Below, one piece after another: positions 50,042-60,174 of a DNA stretch of 64,000 nucleotides. Origin of the DNA: Candidatus Kaelpia imicola (GTDB lineage Bacteria; Omnitrophota; Gorgyraeia; Kaelpiales; Kaelpiaceae). Numbering within the stretch: the stretch's first letter is position 1; each line of letters begins with the position of its first letter. The notes under the pieces are model-generated. The model was given only the letters and a program-made list of their open reading frames with translations, did no database searches and was not told the DNA's origin. The stretch is taken from assembly GCA_030765505.1 (NCBI GenBank), contig JAVCCL010000043.1, positions 69,686-133,685 of the forward strand. The letters run 5' to 3'. Both the position numbers and the translations under genes were made by a program.

Positions 50042-50045
50042 TGAT

Positions 50046-51431
50046 ATGAAAGAGAAATTATGGGGCGGAAGATTTAAAGATGGTCTGGATCCTGTTATTC
50101 TGGAGTTCACCAAGAGTATCAATTATGACTGGTTTCTATTTGAATATGAGGCTTATTCCAATATTGCCTGGGTAGGTGAGCTGCAGAGCCTTAAGCTGAT
50201 AACTCAGAGAGAGAAGAGCTCTATCAAAAAGGCTATAAAAGAGCTCTTAAAAGAGTATTCCGATGGAAAGATAGAGATAGATTTTAAAGAAGAGGATATA
50301 CACTCTCTCTTCTATTCTCTGCTAAGGAAAAAAGTCTCTTCTCTTGTAGATAAGATTCATGCCGGTAAGAGCAGGAATGAACAGGTTGTTACTGTTATGA
50401 GAATGTTTTTACTCGATGCTATATCTGAAGAGGTTGAACTTATCACTAAACTGCAAAAGGGTTTTCTGAGGAAAGCAAAGAAGTATAACGACTCAGCTAT
50501 TCCAGGATTTACTCATCTTCAATATGCTCAGCCTGTACTGTTTGGGCATTGGCTGCTGTCTTTCGTTGAGCAGCTAGAGAGAGATAAAAAAAGGTTAATC
50601 AATTGTCTTGACGGTGTAAGCCTGCTGCCTTTGGGCAGCGGTGCTCTTGCCGGCAGCAATTTTAAATTAAACAGAGATAAACTAAGAAGAGAGCTTGGAT
50701 TTAAAAGCTTGGGAAAAAACAGCATCGATATGGTTTCAGACAGAGACTTCATTTTGGAATATCTTAATGCTAATCTTACTCTTCTCCTACATTTGAGCAG
50801 ACTTGCAGAAGACCTGATAATATACAATAGCCCGGGATATGGGATAATATATTTCTCGGATAAGGTTACTACCGGTTCAAGCCTGATGCCGCAGAAGAAA
50901 AACCCTGATCCTGTAGAGCTTATCAGGTCTTATTCTTCCGGAGCCCTGGCGGCCTATGTATCTATGGCGGATATCTTAAAGGGGCTCCCAACATCCTATA
51001 ACCGCGATTTACAACTGGATAAGAAGGCGCTTTTCTCATCATATCTTTCGGCTACAGCTGTTTTAGATGCTACTGAGATAGTTATCTTAAATACATATTT
51101 GGATAGAGACAGGGCTTTAGAGCTGCTAAAAGATGAGAGGTTTTATTTGACAGATATTTCGGATGAACTTATTAAAGATGGCTTATCTCATAAAGAGGCT
51201 CATTGGCGGGTAGGTAGGCTTTTGAGGAAGGCGGAAGAGAGCAAGAGTAATATAGCGGATTTTAAGAGAGAGGAGTTGATTAAAATATTAGGTCGGGATA
51301 TAAAGATAGACAATTTTTTTAGTGTCAGTAAATCTCTAAAAAGAAAAAAGGTTGACTGCTCTACAAACTTTAAGTATTTTTTAAAGAGGTTAAAGGAGTG
51401 GGAGATATTATTAGAGTCTCCTGAGCTATAA
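50046..51431 (+). CDS. argH: Argininosuccinate lyase
   Basis: LWGGRF, PGFTHLQ, GSGALAG, TGSSLMPQKKNPD, YNRDLQ. Confidence 0.95.
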   Translation: MKEKLWGGRFKDGLDPVILEFTKSINYDWFLFEYEAYSNIAWVGELQSLKLITQREKSSIKKAIKELLKEYSDGKIEIDFKEEDIHSLFYSLLRKKVSSLVDKIHAGKSRNEQVVTVMRMFLLDAISEEVELITKLQKGFLRKAKKYNDSAIPGFTHLQYAQPVLFGHWLLSFVEQLERDKKRLINCLDGVSLLPLGSGALAGSNFKLNRDKLRRELGFKSLGKNSIDMVSDRDFILEYLNANLTLLLHLSRLAEDLIIYNSPGYGIIYFSDKVTTGSSLMPQKKNPDPVELIRSYSSGALAAYVSMADILKGLPTSYNRDLQLDKKALFSSYLSATAVLDATEIVILNTYLDRDRALELLKDERFYLTDISDELIKDGLSHKEAHWRVGRLLRKAEESKSNIADFKREELIKILGRDIKIDNFFSVSKSLKRKKVDCSTNFKYFLKRLKEWEILLESPEL

Positions 51432-51434
51432 CTA

Positions 51435-52682
51435 ATGCATAGATTTAAATACCGGGGCAACCATCTTTATGCAGAGAATGTTAAACTCTCTTCTCTCCTG
51501 GAGAGGTTTGGGACACCGCTCTATATCTATAGCGCCAATACTTTTCTGGACCATTTCTTAAAACTTAAAAGCGCTTTTAAAGAGTTATCTCCGCTTATAT
51601 GTTTTAGTGTTAAGTCAAATTCCAATCTGGCTGTTCTGAGATTGCTATCTAAGGCTGGAGCGGGTATGGATGTTGTTTCAGGCGGAGAACTTTTCAGGGC
51701 ATTTAAATCCGGTTGCCCTGCATCTAAAGTTGTATATGCAGGGGTTGGCAAAAGAGAGGATGAGATAATCTATGCAATCAAAAAAGGTATAAAGTTTTTC
51801 AATATTGAGTCTCTCCCTGAACTTGAAAGAATTAATAAGGCTGCCGGGAGCCTGGGTAAGAGGCAGGGTGTCTGTCTGAGATTGAATCCCGACGTAGATT
51901 CTAAGACACATAAGTTTATTACAACAGGGAAGAAGGAGACAAAGTTTGGACTCTCCTATGGTGTTATAAAAAGTATTCTGCAAAACAGAGACAGCTATAA
52001 GAATCTATTAATCTCAGGTCTGCATCTACATATCGGATCTCAAATTATTTATAATGAGCCATTTTTAAAAGCTGTAAAGGTTGCTTTAAGATTAAAATCT
52101 GAGAGAGATTGTGATTTCCAATATTTAAATATCGGTGGTGGATTAGGAATCATCTATAAAGATGAGAAAGCTTTGACTGCTCAAAAATATGCATCTGAGA
52201 TAAAAGGTTTGATAAAGAAAACCGAACTCAAACTTATTCTGGAGCCGGGAAGGTTTATTGCCGGTAATTCTGGAATATTTGTTACCACAGTCCAATACGT
52301 CAAGGATGGTATAGATAAAAAGTTTGCCATAGTTGATGGAGGTATGAATTTGCTGATAAGGCCGGCTCTATACTCTGCCTACCATGAGGTAGGATTGATT
52401 GAAAAGAGGGCTGGGAGAAAAGAGCTATACGATGTTGTAGGTCCGATTTGCGAAAGCTCAGACTTCCTGGCTTTATCCAGAAAGCTTCCTCAGCTTAAGA
52501 GCGGAAATAGAATAGTTCTATTTAGCGCAGGAGCCTACGGGTTTACGATGGCATCGAATTATAATAGTTATCCTAGATGTGGTGAGGTTATGGTTAAAGG
52601 CAATAGTGCTCATCTTATCAGAGAGCCTGAAGATTATAAGGATTTAATAAGAGGAGAGAATATACCGGGGTTTTTAAAATGA
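51435..52682 (+). CDS. lysA: Diaminopimelate decarboxylase
   Basis: GTPLYIY, SVKSN, HIGSQI, EPGR, VGPICES, MASNYN. Confidence 0.96.
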   Translation: MHRFKYRGNHLYAENVKLSSLLERFGTPLYIYSANTFLDHFLKLKSAFKELSPLICFSVKSNSNLAVLRLLSKAGAGMDVVSGGELFRAFKSGCPASKVVYAGVGKREDEIIYAIKKGIKFFNIESLPELERINKAAGSLGKRQGVCLRLNPDVDSKTHKFITTGKKETKFGLSYGVIKSILQNRDSYKNLLISGLHLHIGSQIIYNEPFLKAVKVALRLKSERDCDFQYLNIGGGLGIIYKDEKALTAQKYASEIKGLIKKTELKLILEPGRFIAGNSGIFVTTVQYVKDGIDKKFAIVDGGMNLLIRPALYSAYHEVGLIEKRAGRKELYDVVGPICESSDFLALSRKLPQLKSGNRIVLFSAGAYGFTMASNYNSYPRCGEVMVKGNSAHLIREPEDYKDLIRGENIPGFLK

Positions 52683-53491
52683 GGATTATCTCTTTTCATA
52701 AAGCTGTTGCTAGTGGAAATGATTTTGTCATAATCAAAAACAGAACTTTTTCTAAATCCGAATTAAGAGATACAGCAATTAAGTTATGTAGTAGAAAATA
52801 CGGTGTTGGTGCAGACGGGCTTCTGGTTGCAGAGAGTTCAAAGAGAGCCGACCTTAAAATGAGAATATTTAATTCTGATGGAACTGAAGCTGAGATGTGC
52901 GGCAACGGAATGAGGTCTTTTATTCTCTGGGCTTATAATAAGAAGCTGATAGCTATAAATTCTTTTATTGAGACCAAGGCAGGTATTATAATAGGTAAGG
53001 TCAAAAAAGATGATTTTATCAAGATTAAGATTGGAGCTTCTTTTGAATACAGGCCGAATTTAAAAGTAAAGGTAGATGGGAAGACAATAGAGGGCGATTA
53101 TCTGGATACTGGAGTTCCCCATTTTGTTGTTGAGGTAAGCACCCTTTGCGGCTATGATGTCTTTAATATCGGTTCAAAGATAAGGCACCACTCTATTTTT
53201 AAGCCTCGGGGAACCAATGTGGACTTTATGCATTGGGAGAGAGGGTATCTTGCTGTTAGAACTTATGAGAGAGGGGTAGAGACTGAGACTTTGGCTTGTG
53301 GTACAGGCTGTGTAGCCTCTGCTTTGATAGCTGGATTGAAAAGAGGTTATGACTCTAAGAATATAGTCGTTCTTCCTTTAAGCGGCGAAAGATTGAGAGT
53401 TTCGTATTCTTATCAGAAGGGAAGATTTAGCGATGTCTATCTTGAAGGTGAGGCAGAGCTTCTCTTTGAATCAAAATTTAAAATTAAATAG
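52679..53491 (+). CDS. dapF: Diaminopimelate epimerase
   Basis: GNDF, EMCGNG, GVPH, ERGVETETLACGTG. Confidence 0.96.
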   Translation: MRIISFHKAVASGNDFVIIKNRTFSKSELRDTAIKLCSRKYGVGADGLLVAESSKRADLKMRIFNSDGTEAEMCGNGMRSFILWAYNKKLIAINSFIETKAGIIIGKVKKDDFIKIKIGASFEYRPNLKVKVDGKTIEGDYLDTGVPHFVVEVSTLCGYDVFNIGSKIRHHSIFKPRGTNVDFMHWERGYLAVRTYERGVETETLACGTGCVASALIAGLKRGYDSKNIVVLPLSGERLRVSYSYQKGRFSDVYLEGEAELLFESKFKIK

Positions 53492-53503
53492 GAGGTAAGG
53501 TAT

Positions 53504-54379
53504 ATGTTTAGAGGTTCTATGGTGGCACTTGTTACACCTTTTAAAGACGGTAAGGTGGATAAAAGCGGCTTAAAAAAGCTTGTGAGATACCATATTAAGA
53601 ACAACACTTCAGCTCTTGTTCCATGTGGAACGACAGGAGAGTCTGCAACGCTCTCTGAGAGAGAACATGAGACTGTCGTGGAGACTGTTATAGAGGAGAC
53701 TGCCGGGCGTATCCCTGTCATTGCGGGTACAGGTTCTAACTCTACAGAAGAGGCTATTAGGTATACTAAATTTGCTCAGAAGAGAGGAGCTAGCGGAGCT
53801 TTGCTTATATGTCCTTATTACAATAAGCCTACTCAAGAGGGACTCTATCAGCATTTTAAAGCTATTGCAGAAGAGGTAAGGATACCGTTAATACTCTATA
53901 ATATCCCATCACGTACAGGTGTTAACATGAGCCCTGAGACTATAGCACGTCTTGGAAGACGATATAAGAATATAGTCGGGGTAAAAGAAGCAACAGGCAG
54001 CTTGGATCAGATGACGGCTATTAAGAGTCTATGTCCTAAAGAGTTTCTTCTGATATCAGGAGATGATGCTCTAACGCTTCCGATATTGTCTATTGGGGGA
54101 GTCGGAGTCATATCTGTTTTGGCCAATATTATACCCAGGGAGGTCGAAGATATGGTCAGGAGATTTGAGAGCGGAGATTTAAGAGTTGCGAGAAAACTAC
54201 ATATAAATTTATATCCATTGATTAAGACGATGTTTTTAGAGACAAATCCCGCCCCTGTTAAAACAGCTATGGGTATGATAGGTATTATATCGGATGAACT
54301 CAGGCTTCCTATGGTAAGAGTATCGACTCTAAATAGAGTGAAGATAAGGTCAATAATCAAAAAATACGGATTGATATAA
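53504..54379 (+). CDS. dapA: 4-hydroxy-tetrahydrodipicolinate synthase
   Basis: GTTGES, PYYNKP, LYNIPSRT, GVKEA, SGDD. Confidence 0.96.
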   Translation: MFRGSMVALVTPFKDGKVDKSGLKKLVRYHIKNNTSALVPCGTTGESATLSEREHETVVETVIEETAGRIPVIAGTGSNSTEEAIRYTKFAQKRGASGALLICPYYNKPTQEGLYQHFKAIAEEVRIPLILYNIPSRTGVNMSPETIARLGRRYKNIVGVKEATGSLDQMTAIKSLCPKEFLLISGDDALTLPILSIGGVGVISVLANIIPREVEDMVRRFESGDLRVARKLHINLYPLIKTMFLETNPAPVKTAMGMIGIISDELRLPMVRVSTLNRVKIRSIIKKYGLI

Positions 54380-55185
54380 TGAATACAAAAGTAATAGTCT
54401 CAGGTTGTCTGGGGAGAATGGGCAGAGAGATATCCATGCTTGCTCTTCTGGACTCTAAGATAGAGCTTATTGCAGGGATTGAGCAGCCTACCTCTCTCGG
54501 TCTTGGAGCGGATATAGGGTCTATTCTCTTAGGTGAAAATAAAGGTATTCTAATAGCTGAGGATCTAAGAGGATATATAGAGAATGCAGATCTGGTTATA
54601 GAGTTTAGCGCTCCTGATGCTACTTTGAGGCATTTGAGAATAGTCTCTGAGTTTGGCAAAGGCATGGTAATCGGAACTACCGGTTTTAATGCAGAACAGC
54701 TTAAAGAGCTGGAGAGCTTTTCAAAGAGAGCCGCAGTTCTGATTTCACCCAATATGAGCATAGGTGTTAATGTACTATTTAAGATTATACCGCAGCTGAC
54801 TGAATTGTTGGGCGAGGATTATAACATAGAGATTGTTGAGGTTCATCATAATAAGAAGAAGGATGCGCCGTCCGGGACTGCAAAGAGAATTGCCGAACTG
54901 ATAAAAGGTGTTAGAAAAGATCTGGTACTTACTTGCGGCAGGGAAAAGTCCAACACTCAGCGGAAGAAAAATGAGCTGGCTATACACGCTCTTCGCTTGG
55001 GCGAAATAGTGGGAGAACATAAGATTATATTTGCGGGTAATAATGAAGTTGTAGAGTTAAGCCATTCTGCTGTCTCACGCGACATATTTGCTATAGGGGC
55101 AATTTTGGGGGCTAAGTATATCAAAGATAAAAAAGCGGGGCTCTATACTATGCAGGATGTGATTTCTGCTAAGCTGGGCGGGTAA
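54379..55185 (+). CDS. dapB: 4-hydroxy-tetrahydrodipicolinate reductase
   Basis: GCLGRMG, IGTTG, EVHHNKKKDAPSGTA. Confidence 0.96.
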   Translation: MNTKVIVSGCLGRMGREISMLALLDSKIELIAGIEQPTSLGLGADIGSILLGENKGILIAEDLRGYIENADLVIEFSAPDATLRHLRIVSEFGKGMVIGTTGFNAEQLKELESFSKRAAVLISPNMSIGVNVLFKIIPQLTELLGEDYNIEIVEVHHNKKKDAPSGTAKRIAELIKGVRKDLVLTCGREKSNTQRKKNELAIHALRLGEIVGEHKIIFAGNNEVVELSHSAVSRDIFAIGAILGAKYIKDKKAGLYTMQDVISAKLGG

Positions 55186-56867
55186 TGAAAAAAGTAAAAA
55201 TATACCTTATAACATCTGTTGTTCTAATAGGTGTTATTCTATCTCTTTCAGGGTTTTTCTGGAGGTTTGAGAAGTCCGTTCTTTCAAGATATCTGAAAGA
55301 TGAAGATATTTCTGCCAGTCAGATTGTGGTAGTCACTTTAACTGAGGAGAATTTTAGAGAGAGAGAGCTTTGGCCCTGGGGTAGTAATTGGTTGGATTAT
55401 CTCATTACTTATATTCTGGATTTTAAGCCCAACAAGTTGGTTTTAAATCCTGATTTTGTCGAAAGTGCCAAAGATATAAAAGGGTTTAATAAATTTTTAC
55501 AGAATGATAAGGTGATTATCCCATTTGCAGAGAATATCAAAGATTTAAAAACGGAATTCAAGACCCACATGGTATACGGCAAGGAGAATGGGCTCCTCTA
55601 TTCATTTACCAATTACAAAGATATGCCTAGTGTAGATTTTGCTCTTAAAGGGGATGGTGAGAGAGCAGCGTTGAGTAAAAGAGGAAAGTTTTATTTTCTT
55701 CTCCAAGAGAATGTCAGAGTTGTCCCCGCATCTAATATTGCCCTTTTCGGCATGCTGAAAAAAGAGGGTTACCGCGATAACAATATAGCCGATCTTAGTA
55801 ATAGCATAGTGTTTTTAAGTAAAGACGGGGGTTCTCTGCCAGAGTTATATTCATTTTTATATGCTTTATTGAACCACAGGACCTTCTCTGTTCTACCTGT
55901 GGAGTTTACAATATATATTGGGATTTTCATCTTTTCTATTGTCTGTATTATGTTGAAGTCACTTAAGTTTAAGCATCTCTTTATTATTTTTTCATTGATA
56001 TTTTTTGGCTGGTTTGCATTCCAGAGACTCTATTTCACTATTAGCAGGAATTATATTGAGTTAATACCAGTCTCTATATTTGCGCTGCTAGCTCTTGCAG
56101 TTGTTGTTTTTGAAAAAGAGTATAATAGCAGAGTTTGCAAGAAAGAGAGAAAAGATACTCAACTGGCACGACTTCTCAAAGAGAGAGAGGTTTTACCTAA
56201 TGCGGTCTTAAGTTCTAATGGTGCCTTAGTTAGCGTAAATCGCTATAAGATGGATTTTGTCGGAGGGGATTTTTATCAATTTCTGGAATTTTCTAAAGGT
56301 GAATTAGGAGTTGTTATAGGCTGGGTTCCAGGCAGCGGGATAGAGAGGGTGGAGTATATTATGGAGGTAGTACATAGTTGGAGAGATTTTGCTTCTGTCT
56401 ATAAAGAGCCAAGTAAGGTTATACAGGTTCTGAATAACAGTATGTTCAGATATGCAGAGCAGGCCAAGTATGCAACTTTAGCATACGTTCTATACGATGC
56501 AAAGAAGAGCAACTTAAGATATGTCAACGCTGGGCACGACCCTTTGATATTTGTCAATGGAGACGGGGTTGTAAATATCCTTGCTGCAGAAGAACCTACC
56601 CCTCTGGGTATAGCCAGAGATGTTCCTTTTAAAGAGGAGGAGGTCTCTGTAAAAGGTAATGCTATGCTTATTGGATATAGCGGCGGTATTGCAAAGATAC
56701 TCTCCAGAAGCGGCGGTATAACCGATAAGTTTTTAGGGCATCTTAAGGATTGCTTGAAAGATAAGAGAGAGAGAGTTACAGATGATATATTCAAAGAGTT
56801 TCTCAATTACTGTTCTAAGAAACCGGAGGAAGAATGGTCTTTACTCACTTTAAAAATAACGGCATAA
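55185..56867 (+). CDS. Membrane protein: CHASE2-like sensor, 3 TM helices, degenerate SpoIIE/PP2C phosphatase domain
   Basis: N-terminal TM; IVVVTL...LWPW (CHASE2-like); three TM; VGGDFY, YVNAGH, PLG (PP2C/SpoIIE). Confidence 0.75.
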   Translation: MKKVKIYLITSVVLIGVILSLSGFFWRFEKSVLSRYLKDEDISASQIVVVTLTEENFRERELWPWGSNWLDYLITYILDFKPNKLVLNPDFVESAKDIKGFNKFLQNDKVIIPFAENIKDLKTEFKTHMVYGKENGLLYSFTNYKDMPSVDFALKGDGERAALSKRGKFYFLLQENVRVVPASNIALFGMLKKEGYRDNNIADLSNSIVFLSKDGGSLPELYSFLYALLNHRTFSVLPVEFTIYIGIFIFSIVCIMLKSLKFKHLFIIFSLIFFGWFAFQRLYFTISRNYIELIPVSIFALLALAVVVFEKEYNSRVCKKERKDTQLARLLKEREVLPNAVLSSNGALVSVNRYKMDFVGGDFYQFLEFSKGELGVVIGWVPGSGIERVEYIMEVVHSWRDFASVYKEPSKVIQVLNNSMFRYAEQAKYATLAYVLYDAKKSNLRYVNAGHDPLIFVNGDGVVNILAAEEPTPLGIARDVPFKEEEVSVKGNAMLIGYSGGIAKILSRSGGITDKFLGHLKDCLKDKRERVTDDIFKEFLNYCSKKPEEEWSLLTLKITA

Positions 56868-57658
56868 GTAATTCTAAAAAAAATAACGCTATTGGAGAAG
56901 ATGGATCAAAAAATATTTCCGGAATAACAGAGCTTCTCTTTGAAGGGCTTAGCAGTTTAGAGAGAGGAATGTTTGGCTTAGATAGAGATATCTCTACTCC
57001 CGCCGGTAAGATAGATATTATGGCGGTGGATATGATTGGAAGATTTGCCATTGTTGAAGTCGGAGAGGGAGAGGTTAATGATTTGATATTCAAATCTATC
57101 GACCACTTTGATTGGGCGCTTACGAATATAAAGAGTCTTCAGGAGAGATATAAATCTTACAATATAGACCCTACTCTCGCTCCCAGAATTATCATACTTG
57201 CGCCTTCTTATTCAGAGAAATTTGTCAAGAGAGCTCATTATCTTAATCCTACTTTTATTGATATCTATGAGTATCAGATTAATGAGAGTCTGGGTATAAA
57301 GAAGATCTATTTCAGGCCTTTCTCTTTTATAAATCACAAAAAATGGATTGTCTATTTAAGAACAAAATCGGTAGACGATCATCTTAAGTATGTAGAGAAT
57401 GAATATTTAAAGAGTATACTAAAGAATTTTTTCATTGAACTGCAGTCTATAAGAAGCGATGCTACTTTAGATACCTCTTTAGGCTATATAAGGCTTAGAG
57501 ATAAGAATGATAATACCCTTTTAGGGATATATATATTGAAGAATTCTTTTTGGATTAATTGGAGCAGGTATAGATGGGATGGTTATTTTATCTCCAGTAG
57601 AGAAAAATTTCAGACGGTAAAGCGTGACGTTTTAGAAGCTATAAGAAGGAAGGCTTAA
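56834..57658 (+). CDS. Hypothetical protein with NucS-like PD-(D/E)XK fold, degenerate
   Basis: TPAGKIDIMAVD...IVEV and PRIIILAP resemble the NucS/EndoMS C-terminal domain; start codon uncertain. Confidence 0.55.
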   Translation: MVFTHFKNNGISNSKKNNAIGEDGSKNISGITELLFEGLSSLERGMFGLDRDISTPAGKIDIMAVDMIGRFAIVEVGEGEVNDLIFKSIDHFDWALTNIKSLQERYKSYNIDPTLAPRIIILAPSYSEKFVKRAHYLNPTFIDIYEYQINESLGIKKIYFRPFSFINHKKWIVYLRTKSVDDHLKYVENEYLKSILKNFFIELQSIRSDATLDTSLGYIRLRDKNDNTLLGIYILKNSFWINWSRYRWDGYFISSREKFQTVKRDVLEAIRRKA

Positions 57659-57661
57659 GGT

Positions 57662-58828
57662 ATGGTTAAATATGAGGTTGCCCGGCGGCTTAAAGAATTA
57701 CCCCCTTATCTTTTTGTTGAAATAGATAGGATTAAAAAGAGATTAAAGAGCGAAGGCAGAGATCTTATAGACCTGGGTATTGGAGATCCTGATCTTCCTA
57801 CACCTCCCCGGATAAGAGAAGTTTTAAAAGAGAGGCTCAAAGATCAGGTTAATCATCAGTATCCTTTGGATTTAGGATTGAGTATCTTTAGAGCAGAGAT
57901 ATCCAAGTGGTTCTCAAAGAGATTTGATGTTCAGATAGATTCTGAAAATGAGATTCTGCCTTTGATAGGTTCTAAAGAAGGGATTGCCCATTTTCCGCTC
58001 TCTGTTATTAATCCCGGTGATTCAGTATTGATACCGGAACCGCTCTATCCTCCTTACCGTAGCGGAGCGATATTTGCAGGTGCCCGGATATACTATCTCC
58101 CGCTTAAAGAAGAGAATAATTTTATACCGGATTTTGAAGGTTTGAACAGGGATGTTTTAAAAAAAGTCAAACTGCTCTATCTGAATTATCCCAATAATCC
58201 CACTGCGGCAATTATCAAAAAAGAGGATCTTAAAAGAATTGTTGATCTGGCCCGGGAATTTGAGTTTATAGTGCTCTATGATGCTGCTTACTCTGAATTG
58301 ACCTACGGTTCTTCCGGAGCTTGCAGCATCCTGGAAGTTAAAGGTGCATCTGAGGTTGCTATAGAGTTTCACTCTTTCTCTAAGACCTACAACATGACCG
58401 GGTGGCGTATTGGCTGGGCTTGCGGAAATGAGAATCTTATTGAGTATTTAAGAAAGGTGAAATCGAATATAGATTCCGGAGTATTTAACCCCATACAGTA
58501 TGCGGCTATAGAGGCACTCAGGATATATGATACTCATATTACAGAGCTTAGAGAGATATATAGAGAGAGGAGAGATATCTTTATCCAGACTCTATCCAAA
58601 TCCGGCTGGGATATCAAAGCTCCGGAAGCTACTTTTTATGTTTGGGCGAAGATTCCCTCTGAGACGAATTCTGCGGATTTTGCCAAGTTGCTGCTTGAGG
58701 AATGTTTTATTATCGCTACTCCCGGTTCCGGGTTCGGTCCCTCAGGAGAAGGCTATTTAAGGTTCTCGTTAGTTAATGATAAGAGCCGTATTGAAGAGGC
58801 TGCTGAGAGGATTGCCAAAGTATTGTGA
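57662..58828 (+). CDS. dapL: LL-diaminopimelate aminotransferase (class I PLP)
   Basis: LPPYLF, GIGDPD, GSKEG, NYPNNPT, SFSKTYNMTGWR; dap operon context. Confidence 0.85.
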   Translation: MVKYEVARRLKELPPYLFVEIDRIKKRLKSEGRDLIDLGIGDPDLPTPPRIREVLKERLKDQVNHQYPLDLGLSIFRAEISKWFSKRFDVQIDSENEILPLIGSKEGIAHFPLSVINPGDSVLIPEPLYPPYRSGAIFAGARIYYLPLKEENNFIPDFEGLNRDVLKKVKLLYLNYPNNPTAAIIKKEDLKRIVDLAREFEFIVLYDAAYSELTYGSSGACSILEVKGASEVAIEFHSFSKTYNMTGWRIGWACGNENLIEYLRKVKSNIDSGVFNPIQYAAIEALRIYDTHITELREIYRERRDIFIQTLSKSGWDIKAPEATFYVWAKIPSETNSADFAKLLLEECFIIATPGSGFGPSGEGYLRFSLVNDKSRIEEAAERIAKVL

Positions 58829-59370
58829 GTAGAGCTTTTATCTCTTTGGGCTCAAACCTGGGTGACAGAAAGAAGATTCTGGAGTTATCTTTGGTTGAGC
58901 TGGGTAAGCTCTTTGAGCTAAAGGTTGTATCTTCGTTGTTTGAATCAGAACCATGGGGATATAAAGAGCAGAATGATTTTCTAAATGCTGTTGTTGAAAT
59001 AGAAGTAGCTGTCTCACCTCACGAGCTCCTGAGGCTGCTTAAAAACATAGAGAGAGATTTTGGCAGGGAGAGCGGCGGGTTAAGAATGGGCCCAAGAGCT
59101 CTGGACCTGGATATCCTGCTTTACGGTTCAAATGTTATTGATGGCCATGATCTAAAGATACCTCATCCGGGATTAAAGAAGAGATTTTTTCAACTTCTTC
59201 CTCTCCTTGAGTTAGCTCCAAGCGTTAAAGATCCTCTAAACGGTAAGAATTTTAAAGCAGAACTTGAAAACATTGGAAAAGATACTAGTATAAAGAAGAT
59301 AGCTGTTTTTAATAAAGATAATCTCTGTTGGGATGAAGATATTCAAAACTCCAAAATCATTACAGAGTAA
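58825..59370 (+). CDS. folK: 2-amino-4-hydroxy-6-hydroxymethyldihydropteridine diphosphokinase
   Basis: SLGSNLGD, FLNAV, GPRALDLDIL, IPHP. Confidence 0.95.
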   Translation: MSRAFISLGSNLGDRKKILELSLVELGKLFELKVVSSLFESEPWGYKEQNDFLNAVVEIEVAVSPHELLRLLKNIERDFGRESGGLRMGPRALDLDILLYGSNVIDGHDLKIPHPGLKKRFFQLLPLLELAPSVKDPLNGKNFKAELENIGKDTSIKKIAVFNKDNLCWDEDIQNSKIITE

Positions 59371-60172
59371 TAATTTAGGATTAAAGCGGGAAGGTAAGAG
59401 TTTAGGTTTTATTCCCTCTATGGGCTATCTCCATCAAGGCCACATCAGCTTAATAAGAGCAGCAAGAAAAGAGAATGATACGGTTGTCTTAAGCATCTTT
59501 GTAAATCCTATTCAATTCTCTTCCGGAGAAGATTGTAAAAGATATCCAAGGGATTTTAAGAGAGATTGCAGTATTGCCAGGAATGAGGGTGTGGATATTC
59601 TTTTCTATCCTTCCAGTGATGAGCTTTATCCTCGAGGGTATTTAAGTTATGTTAAAGTTGACGGGTTATCGTCTCTTCTCTGCGGAAAGAGCAGGCCCAA
59701 TCATTTTAAAGGTGTTACTACGGTATGTGCGAAACTCTTCAATATAGTGCAGCCTGACCTGGTCTATTTTGGTCAGAAAGATGTTCAGCAGGCTATCATT
59801 ATCAGGCGCATGATAAAAGATTTGAATATGCCTTTTAAGATAAGAGTCTTACCGCTGTTAAGGGAGGAGAGCGGGCTGGCTATGAGTTCTAGGAATAAAT
59901 ATTTGAGTAAGACTGCAAGAGATAATGCAGCCAGTATATATAAAGCCTTAAAAGAGGCAAAGACCCTTTTTGAGAATGGACAGAGAGATGCAGTCAAAAT
60001 AAAAACTATATTTAAGAAGAAGATTAAAGAGATATCGAATGTCAGAATAGATTATGTAGATATTGTAGATAATGAGTCGTTAAAATCTCTGAGTGAAGTC
60101 AAAAAAAAATCTATTCTAGTTATTGCGATATGGATTGACAAAATTAGATTAATAGATAATATAGTTTTCTAA
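59333..60172 (+). CDS. panC: Pantoate-beta-alanine ligase
   Basis: PSMGYLHQGH, FVNPIQF, RPNHF, FGQKD, GLAMSSRN, RLIDN. Confidence 0.96.
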   Translation: MKIFKTPKSLQSNNLGLKREGKSLGFIPSMGYLHQGHISLIRAARKENDTVVLSIFVNPIQFSSGEDCKRYPRDFKRDCSIARNEGVDILFYPSSDELYPRGYLSYVKVDGLSSLLCGKSRPNHFKGVTTVCAKLFNIVQPDLVYFGQKDVQQAIIIRRMIKDLNMPFKIRVLPLLREESGLAMSSRNKYLSKTARDNAASIYKALKEAKTLFENGQRDAVKIKTIFKKKIKEISNVRIDYVDIVDNESLKSLSEVKKKSILVIAIWIDKIRLIDNIVF

Positions 60173-60174
60173 TT

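Noticed and set aside
56901-56927. Alternative ATG with a frameshift at an A6 run as the true start of the NucS-like gene
   Set aside because: GGAG is only 3 nt from this ATG, and there is no independent evidence for a frameshift.
60101-60109. A9 run in panC as programmed slippage
   Set aside because: It encodes a Lys run near the C-terminus with no precedent; used as a chance control for the dnaX run.
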